Assembly (NCBI GenBank): GCA_964463155.1
Contig: CAYXAY010000005.1
Span: 1-32,000 of the forward strand
Source: an uncultured archaeon
GTDB lineage: Archaea; Iainarchaeota; Iainarchaeia; Iainarchaeales; CSSED10-239
Length of the DNA: 32,000 bases
Direction of reading: 5' to 3'
The position numbers and the translations under genes were made by a program. The notes under the pieces are model-generated. The model was given only the letters and a program-made list of their open reading frames with translations. It ran no database searches and was not told the DNA's origin. Shown piece by piece: positions 18,896-27,282 of this stretch; position 1 is the first letter of the stretch, and each line of letters opens with the position of its first letter.

Positions 18896-18912
18896 TCACA
18901 AAAATTTTGTGA
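18896..18912. promoter_or_regulatory. Perfect 17-bp palindrome TCACAAAA-A-TTTTGTGA in the divergent promoter region, putative Lrp operator
   Basis: Read directly from the sequence. An extra half-site, TTCACAAAAT, lies at 18935-18944. TATA-like boxes flank it on both sides (CATATAAATA near 18878-18887, TATATAAA near 18919-18926). Confidence 0.55.
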
Positions 18913-18972
18913 GAAAGGTATATAAAGCTTCAAATTCACAAAATATTTAGTTCAGACTAGAAGTTTTCAAAT

Positions 18973-20502
18973 ATGAAGACAATCTTTGTCATTCCCCCAT
19001 ACTACCTGCTGGAACCGCCAGCAGACATTAGCAAACACTGCCAAAAACCAAACCGCGACTTGCAAACAAGAACTTTTCTTATGCCATATTTTCCTTTTTT
19101 TCTTAAATCTTTTTCTTTTTTGTGTCTTGATTTTGAGCTTTCTGTTTCTAAAAGGCCTTACACTTTATCTTCTTGTCTTGAGATAATACTTTCACAAAAA
19201 CCAGACAAAATTATCTTTGATCTAACAGTTGACAAATCCTTTGAAAATTATCATATTAATCTAGAAAACATTGTACAAAAAATTAGAGTGTTTTTACCAA
19301 AGATAAAGATTGAATTTCTTGAGAATATTAGAATTGAGAAAACAGAGAGATTTCAAGAAAAGAACCAAGTAAAGATTCAAGAGATTATAAAATACATAAA
19401 AAGAAATGAGCAGGAACTGTTTGTCGTCCAAGATTTAGTGCAAATCAAGGAAATTTACAAAATACTTAATCAAGAGAATTATGGTTTCTGGTTTTATAAC
19501 TTTAAACAAATACACATAAAAGAAATCATAAAGCTAAAGAAAAACTATTTTGATTTGAATTTTTTATTGTCTTGCAATTATCTGGATATCTCTGTTGAAG
19601 AAGTTAAAACTCTTGCAGGGCATGGACTTGAAAAACTTATTATACAATTAAATAGTGATTGTGAGTTTTTGAATTGCTTTCAAGAACATTTTGAAAAGAT
19701 TGAATCAATTTCAAATTGTTGTAAATTAAAGATCAATATTTATCCAAACCTCTCACAAATCAACAACCAATCGTTTGTTGAGTTTCTAAATCTTTTGGAT
19801 TCTAGAAATTTAGAATATCAGATAATGCAAACAACTGGAAAAATAGAAAACAAAAAGGAATTTATTAATTTTGGAGTTATTTCTTTGTTGTCTTCACTTG
19901 ACAAAGACAAGGGGATTATCAAAAGACTAAAAGAAATACCAATCATACCTGAGAAAAAGACAGTTGAGCATATTATTGATTTTATATTAAGGACCGAAAA
20001 CAAATATTTAGAGTTTTACATCGACATCGCTCATTTTCTGGATGGTTTTTTTACCAAAGAAGAAATAATTGATTATCTAAACAAACTGCATCCTAACACA
20101 AAAAAAGAAAACCTAGAAAAGATTGTCTATGAGTGTATTAATCTTTTGGAAAAAGAAATGTTTGTTGATTATCTTAATTCAAAAAAAGAAGTTTCAAAAA
20201 ACCAAGCAGAAGAACCGAAATCACATTATGTGAGTGTTTTTCCTAGACTTAATAATCTTTTTTTGATGTATTCTGGTTCTGAAAAAGGATATATATTTGG
20301 TAAAAACACAAAAAAACTTGAGGAAGTGCCAAGAGACATTTTCTTTTTCTTTGTGTTTTCTAAAGGCATCTTTGTGCTTAAAGAAGTGGCACACAAACTT
20401 CATCTTCTCTTTAAAGATACAAAAGAATTTAGTACAGAAAATTATCTAAAGAGCACAAAGAAAATCTATAACACACTTAAACACTATGGGCTTTGTAAGT
20501 AA
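18973..20502 (+). CDS. Hypothetical 509-aa protein (orphan)
   Basis: Long open frame with an ATG start and neighbour-like codon usage. There are weak, unverified resemblances: the N-terminus KTIFVIPPYYL is like the B12-binding/radical-SAM N-domain but no CxxxCxxC is present, and the C-terminal ~90 aa is PqqD/RRE-like. The true start could be the M at 19081. Confidence 0.6.
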   Translation: MKTIFVIPPYYLLEPPADISKHCQKPNRDLQTRTFLMPYFPFFLKSFSFLCLDFELSVSKRPYTLSSCLEIILSQKPDKIIFDLTVDKSFENYHINLENIVQKIRVFLPKIKIEFLENIRIEKTERFQEKNQVKIQEIIKYIKRNEQELFVVQDLVQIKEIYKILNQENYGFWFYNFKQIHIKEIIKLKKNYFDLNFLLSCNYLDISVEEVKTLAGHGLEKLIIQLNSDCEFLNCFQEHFEKIESISNCCKLKINIYPNLSQINNQSFVEFLNLLDSRNLEYQIMQTTGKIENKKEFINFGVISLLSSLDKDKGIIKRLKEIPIIPEKKTVEHIIDFILRTENKYLEFYIDIAHFLDGFFTKEEIIDYLNKLHPNTKKENLEKIVYECINLLEKEMFVDYLNSKKEVSKNQAEEPKSHYVSVFPRLNNLFLMYSGSEKGYIFGKNTKKLEEVPRDIFFFFVFSKGIFVLKEVAHKLHLLFKDTKEFSTENYLKSTKKIYNTLKHYGLCK

Positions 20503-20556
20503 TCCCAGATATAGCTTTTAATATGTTTCTATATTATATTTATTAGTGAATAATTT

Positions 20557-21690
20557 ATGGCAGAAGAATTTACGGTAACACCTTGGGAAATAGACGGAAA
20601 GATTGATTATCAAAAGTTGATTAAGCAGTTTGGAATTACAGAAATCAATAAACAAATGCTTGAAAAGCTTAGACTAAAAACCAAATCAAAAAAACTACAT
20701 CGTTTTTTTAGAAGAGGATTTATCTATTCACATAGAGACTTTGATAAAATTTTAGAAAACATAGACAAAGAGAATTTCTTTATCTATACTGGGAGAGGGC
20801 CTTCTGGAAAAATGCATATTGGACATCTTATTCCTTTTATTATCTCTAAATGGTTTCAAGACGAATTTGATTGTAATATTTATATTGCAATGGCAGATGA
20901 TGAAAAATTTGTGTTTAAGGACAAACTAAGCTTTGAAGAAATGGAAAAGAACAAAAAGGATAACTTCTTAGACATCTCTGCAGTCGGTCTTAACACCGAC
21001 AAAACTTTTTTCTTTTCTGATATCGAGTATATTCAAAAATTATATCCAGTAGCACTTAAATTTGCAAAGAAGACAACCTTTTCAACAGCTAAGGGCGTGT
21101 TTGGGTTTAATAATGATAGTAACCTTGGACAATTCTTTTATCCTGCAATTCAAGTTGCACCAACAACCTTTGAAAAAAAACATTGTTTGATTCCTGCAGG
21201 AATTGACCAAGACCCTTATTGGAGAATACAACGGGACAATGCTAAAAAGTTAGGGTATAAGAAAGTCGTAGCTGTTCATAACAAGCTTTTGCCACCTCTA
21301 CAAGGACTTGATGGGAAGATGTCAAGTTCTATTGAAGGAACTGCTATCTTTTTGGATGATGATAGTAAGACAATAACTAGTAAGATTAACAAATATACTT
21401 TCTCTGGTGGGCAACCAACCTTAGAAGAACAAAAGAAAAAAGGTGGAAACACCGAAGTGTGTGTTGTCTATTCTTGGTTAGAAATACTTTTCGAAGACGA
21501 TGACCAAAAATTAGAGCAACGAAAGAAAGATTGTAAGTCCGGAAAAATTCTTTGTGGAGAATGTAAGAAATATCTTGCTGAAAAGATATCAATGGCTTTA
21601 AAAAAACACCAAGACGCAAAAATCAAAAATGCCCCACTTATCCAAAAATACAAATATTCAGGAAAGCTTGCTAAAGAAATGTGGAAATAA
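20557..21690 (+). CDS. trpS: Tryptophan--tRNA ligase, archaeal/eukaryal type
   Basis: N-terminus VTPWEIDGKIDYQKLIKQFG, HIGH motif GKMHIGHLIPF and KMSKS-type motif GKMSSS. Confidence 0.9.
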   Translation: MAEEFTVTPWEIDGKIDYQKLIKQFGITEINKQMLEKLRLKTKSKKLHRFFRRGFIYSHRDFDKILENIDKENFFIYTGRGPSGKMHIGHLIPFIISKWFQDEFDCNIYIAMADDEKFVFKDKLSFEEMEKNKKDNFLDISAVGLNTDKTFFFSDIEYIQKLYPVALKFAKKTTFSTAKGVFGFNNDSNLGQFFYPAIQVAPTTFEKKHCLIPAGIDQDPYWRIQRDNAKKLGYKKVVAVHNKLLPPLQGLDGKMSSSIEGTAIFLDDDSKTITSKINKYTFSGGQPTLEEQKKKGGNTEVCVVYSWLEILFEDDDQKLEQRKKDCKSGKILCGECKKYLAEKISMALKKHQDAKIKNAPLIQKYKYSGKLAKEMWK

Positions 21691-21713
21691 TCCTTACAAG
21701 GAGATGACTAATT

Positions 21714-22310
21714 ATGAGAAAAACAAGAATAGCTATTGACTTAGATGATACTTTAGTTCCAACTGTAAACATTTTGATAAAAGAAATGCTAAAGGATAGA
21801 AAGTATCCTGCATTTAAAGGATATCATTCGATTAAAGACTTTACTTTTGAAGAAGAACTTATTTTGTACAAGTATATAAGAAAGACAATAAACAAACAAG
21901 ACATAACAAAATTTAAGCCAATGCTTGGCTCTGTTTCAATTATTAAAAAACTTGCAAAGGACTTTGATTTGTATCTTGTAACTGCAAGAACAAAAAGCAC
22001 AAAGAAGACAACAAGGGTTTGGATGGCACATCATTTTCCTGGGCTTTTCAAGAGAATCATTTTTGGGCAATATAGAAATGGAGGATACTTTAGAAAAACC
22101 AAAGGGCAAATCTGTAAAGAACAGGGAATTTCTTTAATCATTGATGATAGGTTTGATTATGCTTTGGATTGTCATAAGCATGGAGTAAAGGCAATAGTCA
22201 TAGACTATGATGATAGTTATGCTTGGTCCAAAGGAAAATTTCCAAAAGGTATGGAGAAAGCGAAAAACTGGAAAGAAGTTCTTGAAATTATCAAAAAGAC
22301 AAAGTTTTAA
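21714..22310 (+). CDS. HAD-superfamily 5'(3')-nucleotidase-like hydrolase
   Basis: HAD motif I IAIDLDDTLV, motif II LVTARTK, and the motif IV region IIDDRFDYA. Confidence 0.65.
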   Translation: MRKTRIAIDLDDTLVPTVNILIKEMLKDRKYPAFKGYHSIKDFTFEEELILYKYIRKTINKQDITKFKPMLGSVSIIKKLAKDFDLYLVTARTKSTKKTTRVWMAHHFPGLFKRIIFGQYRNGGYFRKTKGQICKEQGISLIIDDRFDYALDCHKHGVKAIVIDYDDSYAWSKGKFPKGMEKAKNWKEVLEIIKKTKF

Positions 22311-22900
22311 TTTAAAACTTTGTGTTTTAAATACACGAATTCGTATTCTGTTAATGGTATTTTATAACATTCATTAACTAACCATAAACCGCTATCTCTA
22401 ATCTTTTCTTTTGGAGAAAACTTCCCCAACCAATTATCGGTGGCTTTACAATATTTACAAGAAGAAATTGTAGAGATGATTTTAGATTCTAGACTTAATC
22501 TCTCATCTTTATCATTGACTTCAAAAACAACAAAACTAAAGTTCTCTTGAATACACTTGGTTACTTTCTTTTCTATTTCTTTTTGTTTATTTAAATCCAC
22601 TTGAGCAGAATACTTGTCTTTATTTTCTTTAGTTGTTAAGTCAAGCTCCCAAAATTCTAAAAAGGGATTATTTTCCTTGTTTAGCAAGGCCCTGCCAATA
22701 TTCTTTCTAAAAATCAAACGGTCCTTGTTTTCGTTTTCAAAGTGCTGTTTTAGTCTTGATGGCAGTTGGTCTTTACCGGTATGAGTTCCAATCCTTACAA
22801 TCCTGTCTTTACCATGAGCAACTTAGCCTTTCTCAAAAAGGATGTATGTTCAGTTCTTTGGAATGTCTTTTTTGTCAAAAGGAAAATTAAATTTTTTCAT
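22307..22900 (-). pseudogene. GIY-YIG-family nuclease-like gene with two in-frame stop codons
   Basis: From the ATG at 22900: MKKFNFPFDKKDIPKN*TYILFEKG*VAHGKDRIVRIGTHTGKDQLPSRLKQHFENENKDRLIFRKNIGRALLNK...GLWLVNECYK. The frame is continuous except for TGA (22852-22850) and TAA (22825-22823). The stops fall where the family has G (GIY) and E. Confidence 0.7.
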
Positions 22901-22904
22901 ACTA

Positions 22905-23036
22905 TTAAATAAATGTTTTCTCTGGAGAAAAGGTTTTTACAAATTTTAGATTGTATTTGAATAACGGACTAATGTAAAGACCCTTTGCCTTGCATTTATG
23001 TTCTTGCCTTTTACTAACACCGGAAATTAGGACCAT
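22905..23036 (-). pseudogene. Truncated DUF6884-like fragment (43 codons)
   Basis: MVLISGVSKRQEHKCKAKGLYISPLFKYNLKFVKTFSPEKTFI* resembles the N-terminus of DUF6884 proteins (ISCSK.K....A..LY.S.LF...). It stops where ILSAKYGL normally follows and ends 4 nt before the GIY-YIG-like ATG. Confidence 0.4.
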
Positions 23037-23101
23037 TTTTGCAATATTAATATATAGTATAAATCAATTTATAAACATTTTAGAGATTAATATATTTATA
23101 A

Positions 23102-23174
23102 AGCCTGGTAGTGTAGTGGCCAAGCATACAAGACTCTGGATCTTGTGACAGGAGTTCAAATCTCCTCCGGGCTA
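23102..23174 (+). tRNA. tRNA-Gln (anticodon CUG)
   Basis: Hand-folded cloverleaf. Acceptor AGCCUGG/CCGGGCU (A1-U72, one U-G pair), D stem GUGU/GCAU with a GG loop, anticodon stem CAAGA/UCUUG with loop CU-CUG-GA, T stem AGGAG/CUCCU with loop UUCAAAU, discriminator A. CCA is not encoded. A TTTATAAA box lies about 26-33 nt upstream. Confidence 0.85.
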
Positions 23175-23197
23175 TCATCTTTATGGGGGAAAATACT

Positions 23198-23437
23198 ATG
23201 GGAATATTTGATGCTTTTAAAAAGAAAGAAAAAACAGAAGAAGAAAAACAAAAAGAATTGGAATTGCAAAAACAAAAAACAAAAACAACACCACAAATAG
23301 ATTTGTCAACAGCAAAATACCCAAAAGAAACCTGTGCGGTTTGTAGCCAACCTGGTTGCGACAAGAAATGGGGGGGGCAATACTGGCATAAGAAATGCCT
23401 AAGGTCTGTTAAAGGCATGGCAAGAGATATGGTTTAA
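23198..23437 (+). CDS. Small Lys/Glu-rich protein with a C-terminal CxxC...HxxC zinc-ribbon-like motif
   Basis: MGIFDAFKKKEKTEEEKQKE...CAVCSQPGCDKKWGGQYWHKKC. The ATG at 23198 (or 23183) lies only 9-24 nt after the tRNA 3' end. Confidence 0.45.
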   Translation: MGIFDAFKKKEKTEEEKQKELELQKQKTKTTPQIDLSTAKYPKETCAVCSQPGCDKKWGGQYWHKKCLRSVKGMARDMV

Positions 23438-23441
23438 AATT

Positions 23442-23915
23442 ATGAAAATATTTATTCTATATAAAGACCCTACAAAAGCAGCAAAAATGCTTTGTGATAA
23501 ACGTATTGTTAAGATGATTGCCTAATCTGCCCAGATTCTTTCAACTGTTCCTCATCTTTTTGGTTCTAAACATAAACATCCGGTCTATAAAAAACACACA
23601 ATAAACATCCTTGTGTTGTTTGGGCAGGCGCCTCTAAACAAAACTATTTGTGGCAATTAACACATCTTCACACACTCTTAGAAGAATACACTTATAGATA
23701 TGGGAAAGAACATAACTACATAAATAAAAAAAATACTTGAAACAGTTCCAAAAGAAATATCTAGTCTTGGATTAACGACATTTGCTAAAGCCATACCTGA
23801 AGAATACAGACAACAGAATGCAGGAAAAGCATATAGAAAATTTTACAAAAAAGGAAAAGTATATTTTGCTAAATGGACAAACAGAAAAATTCCAAAATGG
23901 TTTCTAAAAAAATAG
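23442..23915 (+). pseudogene. Phage/virus-associated conserved protein family, inactivated by one nonsense codon and two frameshifts
   Basis: Three frame segments: MKIFILYKDPTKAAKMLCDKRIVKMIA*SAQILSTVPHLFGSKHKHPVYKKH; then (+2) THNKHPCVVWAGASKQNYLWQLTHLHTLLEEYTYRYGKEHNYINKK; then ILETVPKEISSLGLTTFAKAIPEEYRQQNAGKAYRKFYKKGKVYFAKWTNRKIPKWFLKK*. Both frameshifts fall in A-runs (near 23591 and near 23733). TAA at 23523-23525. Confidence 0.65.
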
Positions 23916-23928
23916 AAAAACTGTTGGC

Positions 23929-24429
23929 TTATAATCCAACATATTGTCTTATTCTTTGCTTAATCTTTGTTATGTTGTCAAGATAGATGTTTAGTTTCTT
24001 TTCTAATTGCGTCATTTGTGTTTCTGCGTCCTTTACTTGTCCAGCAACAAAGAAACTTTCTGAACCTAAGCTGTTGTAATTGATAAGTTCTTTTCTTATG
24101 TCTATGTATTCAGTTAGTGTGTAGTAGTATGCTGTGTAGTTTTCGTATAATCTGCTGAACAGAACCCTTGTTGTGTCGTCCTTGAAATATCTTCTGCCGT
24201 TAATTTCAAAATAGTTTTTTGTCTTTGCTCCAAGGCTGTTGTTATTAACAACATTGTTTGTGGCCTCAAGATGGCCATGCAACCAATTGATATCCTTTGA
24301 ACGATAATCGCATCTCTTCATCACTGCAGAATCAGATAGCTTTCTTGTTTCCTTTACAATTGTCTCATCAATCTCTATTTCTTCTCCACCACACATTTTC
24401 CTAAAAAACTTTTTTAGAACCGTAATCAT
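23929..24429 (-). CDS. Hypothetical protein with a predicted coiled-coil C-terminus
   Basis: 166-aa ATG-initiated ORF. No recognisable family. Confidence 0.45.
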   Translation of the reverse strand: MITVLKKFFRKMCGGEEIEIDETIVKETRKLSDSAVMKRCDYRSKDINWLHGHLEATNNVVNNNSLGAKTKNYFEINGRRYFKDDTTRVLFSRLYENYTAYYYTLTEYIDIRKELINYNSLGSESFFVAGQVKDAETQMTQLEKKLNIYLDNITKIKQRIRQYVGL

Positions 24430-24608
24430 ATTTTTTCACCAAATTCCCCTTCTTTAAAATTATTAAAAAGTATATATAATTAGGCAATAGTATTTAAATT
24501 ATTATCTGTAAATGGTAATTATTGGATTTTTGCTGGAAACACAGATAAAAACGGACATAAAAGACAATTTATATACTATAAATATAAAATGTTTAAAAAA
24601 AGCAATAG

Positions 24609-25298
24609 TTAAATGAACTTTAACCTAAAGAATAAAAAATAGGATAAAGACATTATAATCATATAAACTATTGATTTTATTAGATTCCATGCCACCAAAT
24701 AAATAAGATATGTAAATCTTAAAGTTTGGGAAACAAATGTTGTTTGAATGTGTGGTGACAAGAAAGTAAGGTATGCTACAATCGTTAAAGTTGATTCCAC
24801 CAAAAATATCAACGCAACTATTCTAAAAACCCTGTACCAGGAAACATTAAACTTTATATTGTGTTTTGCTGTTGCCATCCCCATAAATGCTATTGTTCCT
24901 ACATTTATACAGAATAGGGCTATTGAGAAAAACAAGAAAATTGGGTTGTTTTTTGCGGCAGATATTGCTGTTGGGGCAAGACTTGCATAGATTGTTAATT
25001 GAAATGCAAAATCTAGAATTACTATTATCAATAATATGATAAAAGGCATCCAAAGATAATGGTAATATCCGTTTTTTAGATACATCTCTGTTAGAAAATT
25101 CTTGTTTTGCGTTCTTTGCTGATAGCTTGTCCTATCGTGGAATTTGTTTGCTGGAATTCTTTCTATGATAAAGCCGTTTCTGTTTTGCTTTTTTGTAATT
25201 TCCTTTCTTTGATGAGGCGATGTTTTTTTTGAACGCTGGATATCTGTTTTTACAAATCTGTTGTTTGGGTATTTGTTTTTCCTTTTTTTATTTTGCAT
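24609..25298 (-). CDS. Hypothetical multi-pass membrane protein with a ~75-aa highly basic N-terminal tail
   Basis: MQNKKRKNKYPNNRF...KKQNRNG, followed by about five hydrophobic segments. ATG at 25298; the ORF-track start at 25301 is a TTG. Confidence 0.55.
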   Translation of the reverse strand: MQNKKRKNKYPNNRFVKTDIQRSKKTSPHQRKEITKKQNRNGFIIERIPANKFHDRTSYQQRTQNKNFLTEMYLKNGYYHYLWMPFIILLIIVILDFAFQLTIYASLAPTAISAAKNNPIFLFFSIALFCINVGTIAFMGMATAKHNIKFNVSWYRVFRIVALIFLVESTLTIVAYLTFLSPHIQTTFVSQTLRFTYLIYLVAWNLIKSIVYMIIMSLSYFLFFRLKFI

Positions 25299-25346
25299 CA
25301 AATATCACATTTATTTTATAGGGGGTTGTATTTATTAAGATATGGT

Positions 25347-27278
25347 TTAGGATATTCCTAAAAACTCCTTTAATTTTCTTTCAACTATCTCGTTTGCTTT
25401 ATTGCCATCAATCAAGCCATTGGTTTTAGCCATTAGTCTTCCAATCAACAGACCTTTTGCTCTTTCTCTTAATTCTAGTATTCTTGATTGGTTTTCTTGG
25501 ATTATTTCAGACATTATTTTGTCTAGGTCAAGAGTTTCCAAATCTTTGAATATCTTAAGCCTTTCTATTACTTCTTCTACGGTATTGTCAGAATTATTTA
25601 ATTCTATATAGATTTCTATTAACTTTGTTTTTGGTAGCTTGTTGAAATCTTTGTAGGAGAAAAACTCAAGAAGTTTTTTGCTTGTCACATTTTCCAAATC
25701 AAGTTTTCCTTCCCTTGAAAGATTGATAAGTTCTTCTAGAAGGAAAACAGCAACCTGTGTTGGATTACGTTCTGGGTTGTTAAGCATTATCTTTTCAAAG
25801 ATTGTAGCATAATTGTCAAGAACCATCTTTTCTGTTAATTGATTACTTATCTTGAAGTTTTCAAGATATAGCTTTTTTCTTTTTTCTACTGACAATGGCA
25901 TTTCCTTTTTTGTTTCTTCTAATAACTCTTTTGTAAAGACAATTGGCAAAAGATCAGTTTCAGGATACATTCTTGTTCCGCCAACAGATAATGGTCTTTG
26001 ATATTCTGTATTGCCGTCAGCATTGACAAGCCTTGTTTCTTTTGGTATCTCTTTTGAGAAAAGGTTTATTCTTTCCTCTAAGACCTCTTTAACATGTTCT
26101 ATTTCTTTTTTATCGCACATCACTAGGATATATGAGTCTTTTTCAGAGAGATTAAGATATGACTTAACTTTTTTTATTTCCTCTTCTGTTATTCCGTAGT
26201 TTGGGAGCTCGTCAGAATGAAACAAACCCTTTAGTGTTGTCTTTGCCTTTAGAATGCTTGCAAGTTCTGTTCCCACTCTCCTGTTTGGTTGAACCTCTCT
26301 ACCAAGAATATTGTTAAACCCTAAAAGTAAGAAGCCAAAGACGCATTTGTTTTGGTCAAGAGAAGTTTTTATTGCCTTTGACTCTGTGTCTTTGAAGATG
26401 TCTGTTAAGTCTTTTTCTTCAAGAACAATTTTTAAAATATTTCTTTTTTGTAGTTCTTCTTTAATTTCTAAAAGATTTAGTTGCCTTATTATTTCTCTTT
26501 TTATAATTTCCGGAATCAGATCTAAATCCTGACAACCCTTTATCTCTACTCTTGAACCTTTTGAGATTGAGACGTTTATGTCTTGGCGAATTGAGCCAAG
26601 ACCTCTTTTAACAAGGCCTGTTGTTCTGAAGAGTTGTCCAAGAAATAATGCGACCTTTTTTGTGTCTTCAGGAGTGTGCATGTCATGCCAAACAACCATC
26701 TCTATCAATGGTATTCCTAGACGATCAAGAGAATAGATTACTTCTGTTTCTTTTCTTTCAAGAACTCTTGCGGCGTCTTCCTCTAAAAGGATTTTGTCAA
26801 TCCTTACTTTCCCAAAATCAAAATTAAGATATCCATCAGTTGCTATCATGGTTGTTCTTTGAAAGCCAGAGACATTTGAACCATCAATCACTTGCTTTCT
26901 CATAATTATGGATTTATCAACTAATTTGCTGTTTGTTAGATTAGAAATTATTATTGCAATTTTTAGGGAGTCAGGATTTGTTCTGATTGGCGGTTGACAA
27001 TCCGCTTCCACTAAACAATTACAGACATTGTAGAAATAATAAACATAAGTTTTGTCTTTTTTGTGTTCAGAAACTGCCGCAAAATCTAATTCTCCTGATT
27101 CAGAATAAACAGGCCTTAATTTTCGTCTTATAATTCTGTCTGGCTTTGTTCCGTCTTTTATCATCTCTGATTTACATTTACAGAACAGTTTTCCTGTGTC
27201 CAATTGTTGATGAATCTCAAGGCCGCAAGAAAGACCAAGTGTTTTGTAATCAATTGAATCGATATTTATTTTATTCAT
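25347..27278 (-). CDS. gatE: Glutamyl-tRNA(Gln) amidotransferase subunit E
   Basis: 643 aa. GLSCGLEIHQQLDTGKLFCKC at the N-terminus, GatB/E catalytic core, AspRS-like insertion and a YqeY-like tail. Confidence 0.92.
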   Translation of the reverse strand: MNKINIDSIDYKTLGLSCGLEIHQQLDTGKLFCKCKSEMIKDGTKPDRIIRRKLRPVYSESGELDFAAVSEHKKDKTYVYYFYNVCNCLVEADCQPPIRTNPDSLKIAIIISNLTNSKLVDKSIIMRKQVIDGSNVSGFQRTTMIATDGYLNFDFGKVRIDKILLEEDAARVLERKETEVIYSLDRLGIPLIEMVVWHDMHTPEDTKKVALFLGQLFRTTGLVKRGLGSIRQDINVSISKGSRVEIKGCQDLDLIPEIIKREIIRQLNLLEIKEELQKRNILKIVLEEKDLTDIFKDTESKAIKTSLDQNKCVFGFLLLGFNNILGREVQPNRRVGTELASILKAKTTLKGLFHSDELPNYGITEEEIKKVKSYLNLSEKDSYILVMCDKKEIEHVKEVLEERINLFSKEIPKETRLVNADGNTEYQRPLSVGGTRMYPETDLLPIVFTKELLEETKKEMPLSVEKRKKLYLENFKISNQLTEKMVLDNYATIFEKIMLNNPERNPTQVAVFLLEELINLSREGKLDLENVTSKKLLEFFSYKDFNKLPKTKLIEIYIELNNSDNTVEEVIERLKIFKDLETLDLDKIMSEIIQENQSRILELRERAKGLLIGRLMAKTNGLIDGNKANEIVERKLKEFLGIS

Positions 27279-27282
27279 AATT

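Noticed and set aside
23080-23418. 112-aa minus-strand ORF
   Set aside because: It runs antisense through the tRNA-Gln gene and the Lys/Glu-rich small ORF. Its composition is typical of an antisense artefact.
17725-23525. Stop-codon reassignment or an alternative genetic code as the explanation for the in-frame TAG/TGA/TAA
   Set aside because: TAA (ppsA, gatE, gatD, trpS, XPD and others), TAG (DUF4065 gene, GtrA-like gene) and TGA (Lrp, AlbA_2 gene) all terminate conserved genes at their expected C-termini. One of the affected genes also carries frameshifts, so pseudogenisation is the simpler reading.
9665-24608. C/D-box sRNAs, SRP/RNase P RNA or riboswitches in the larger spacers (9665-10009, 17525-17826, 22901-23101, 24430-24608)
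   Set aside because: No RUGAUGA...CUGA box pairs or conserved structured-RNA motifs were found by eye. Three of the four spacers (9665-10009, 17525-17826, 22901-23101) are instead explained by gene remnants. A covariance-model scan would be needed to exclude them fully.
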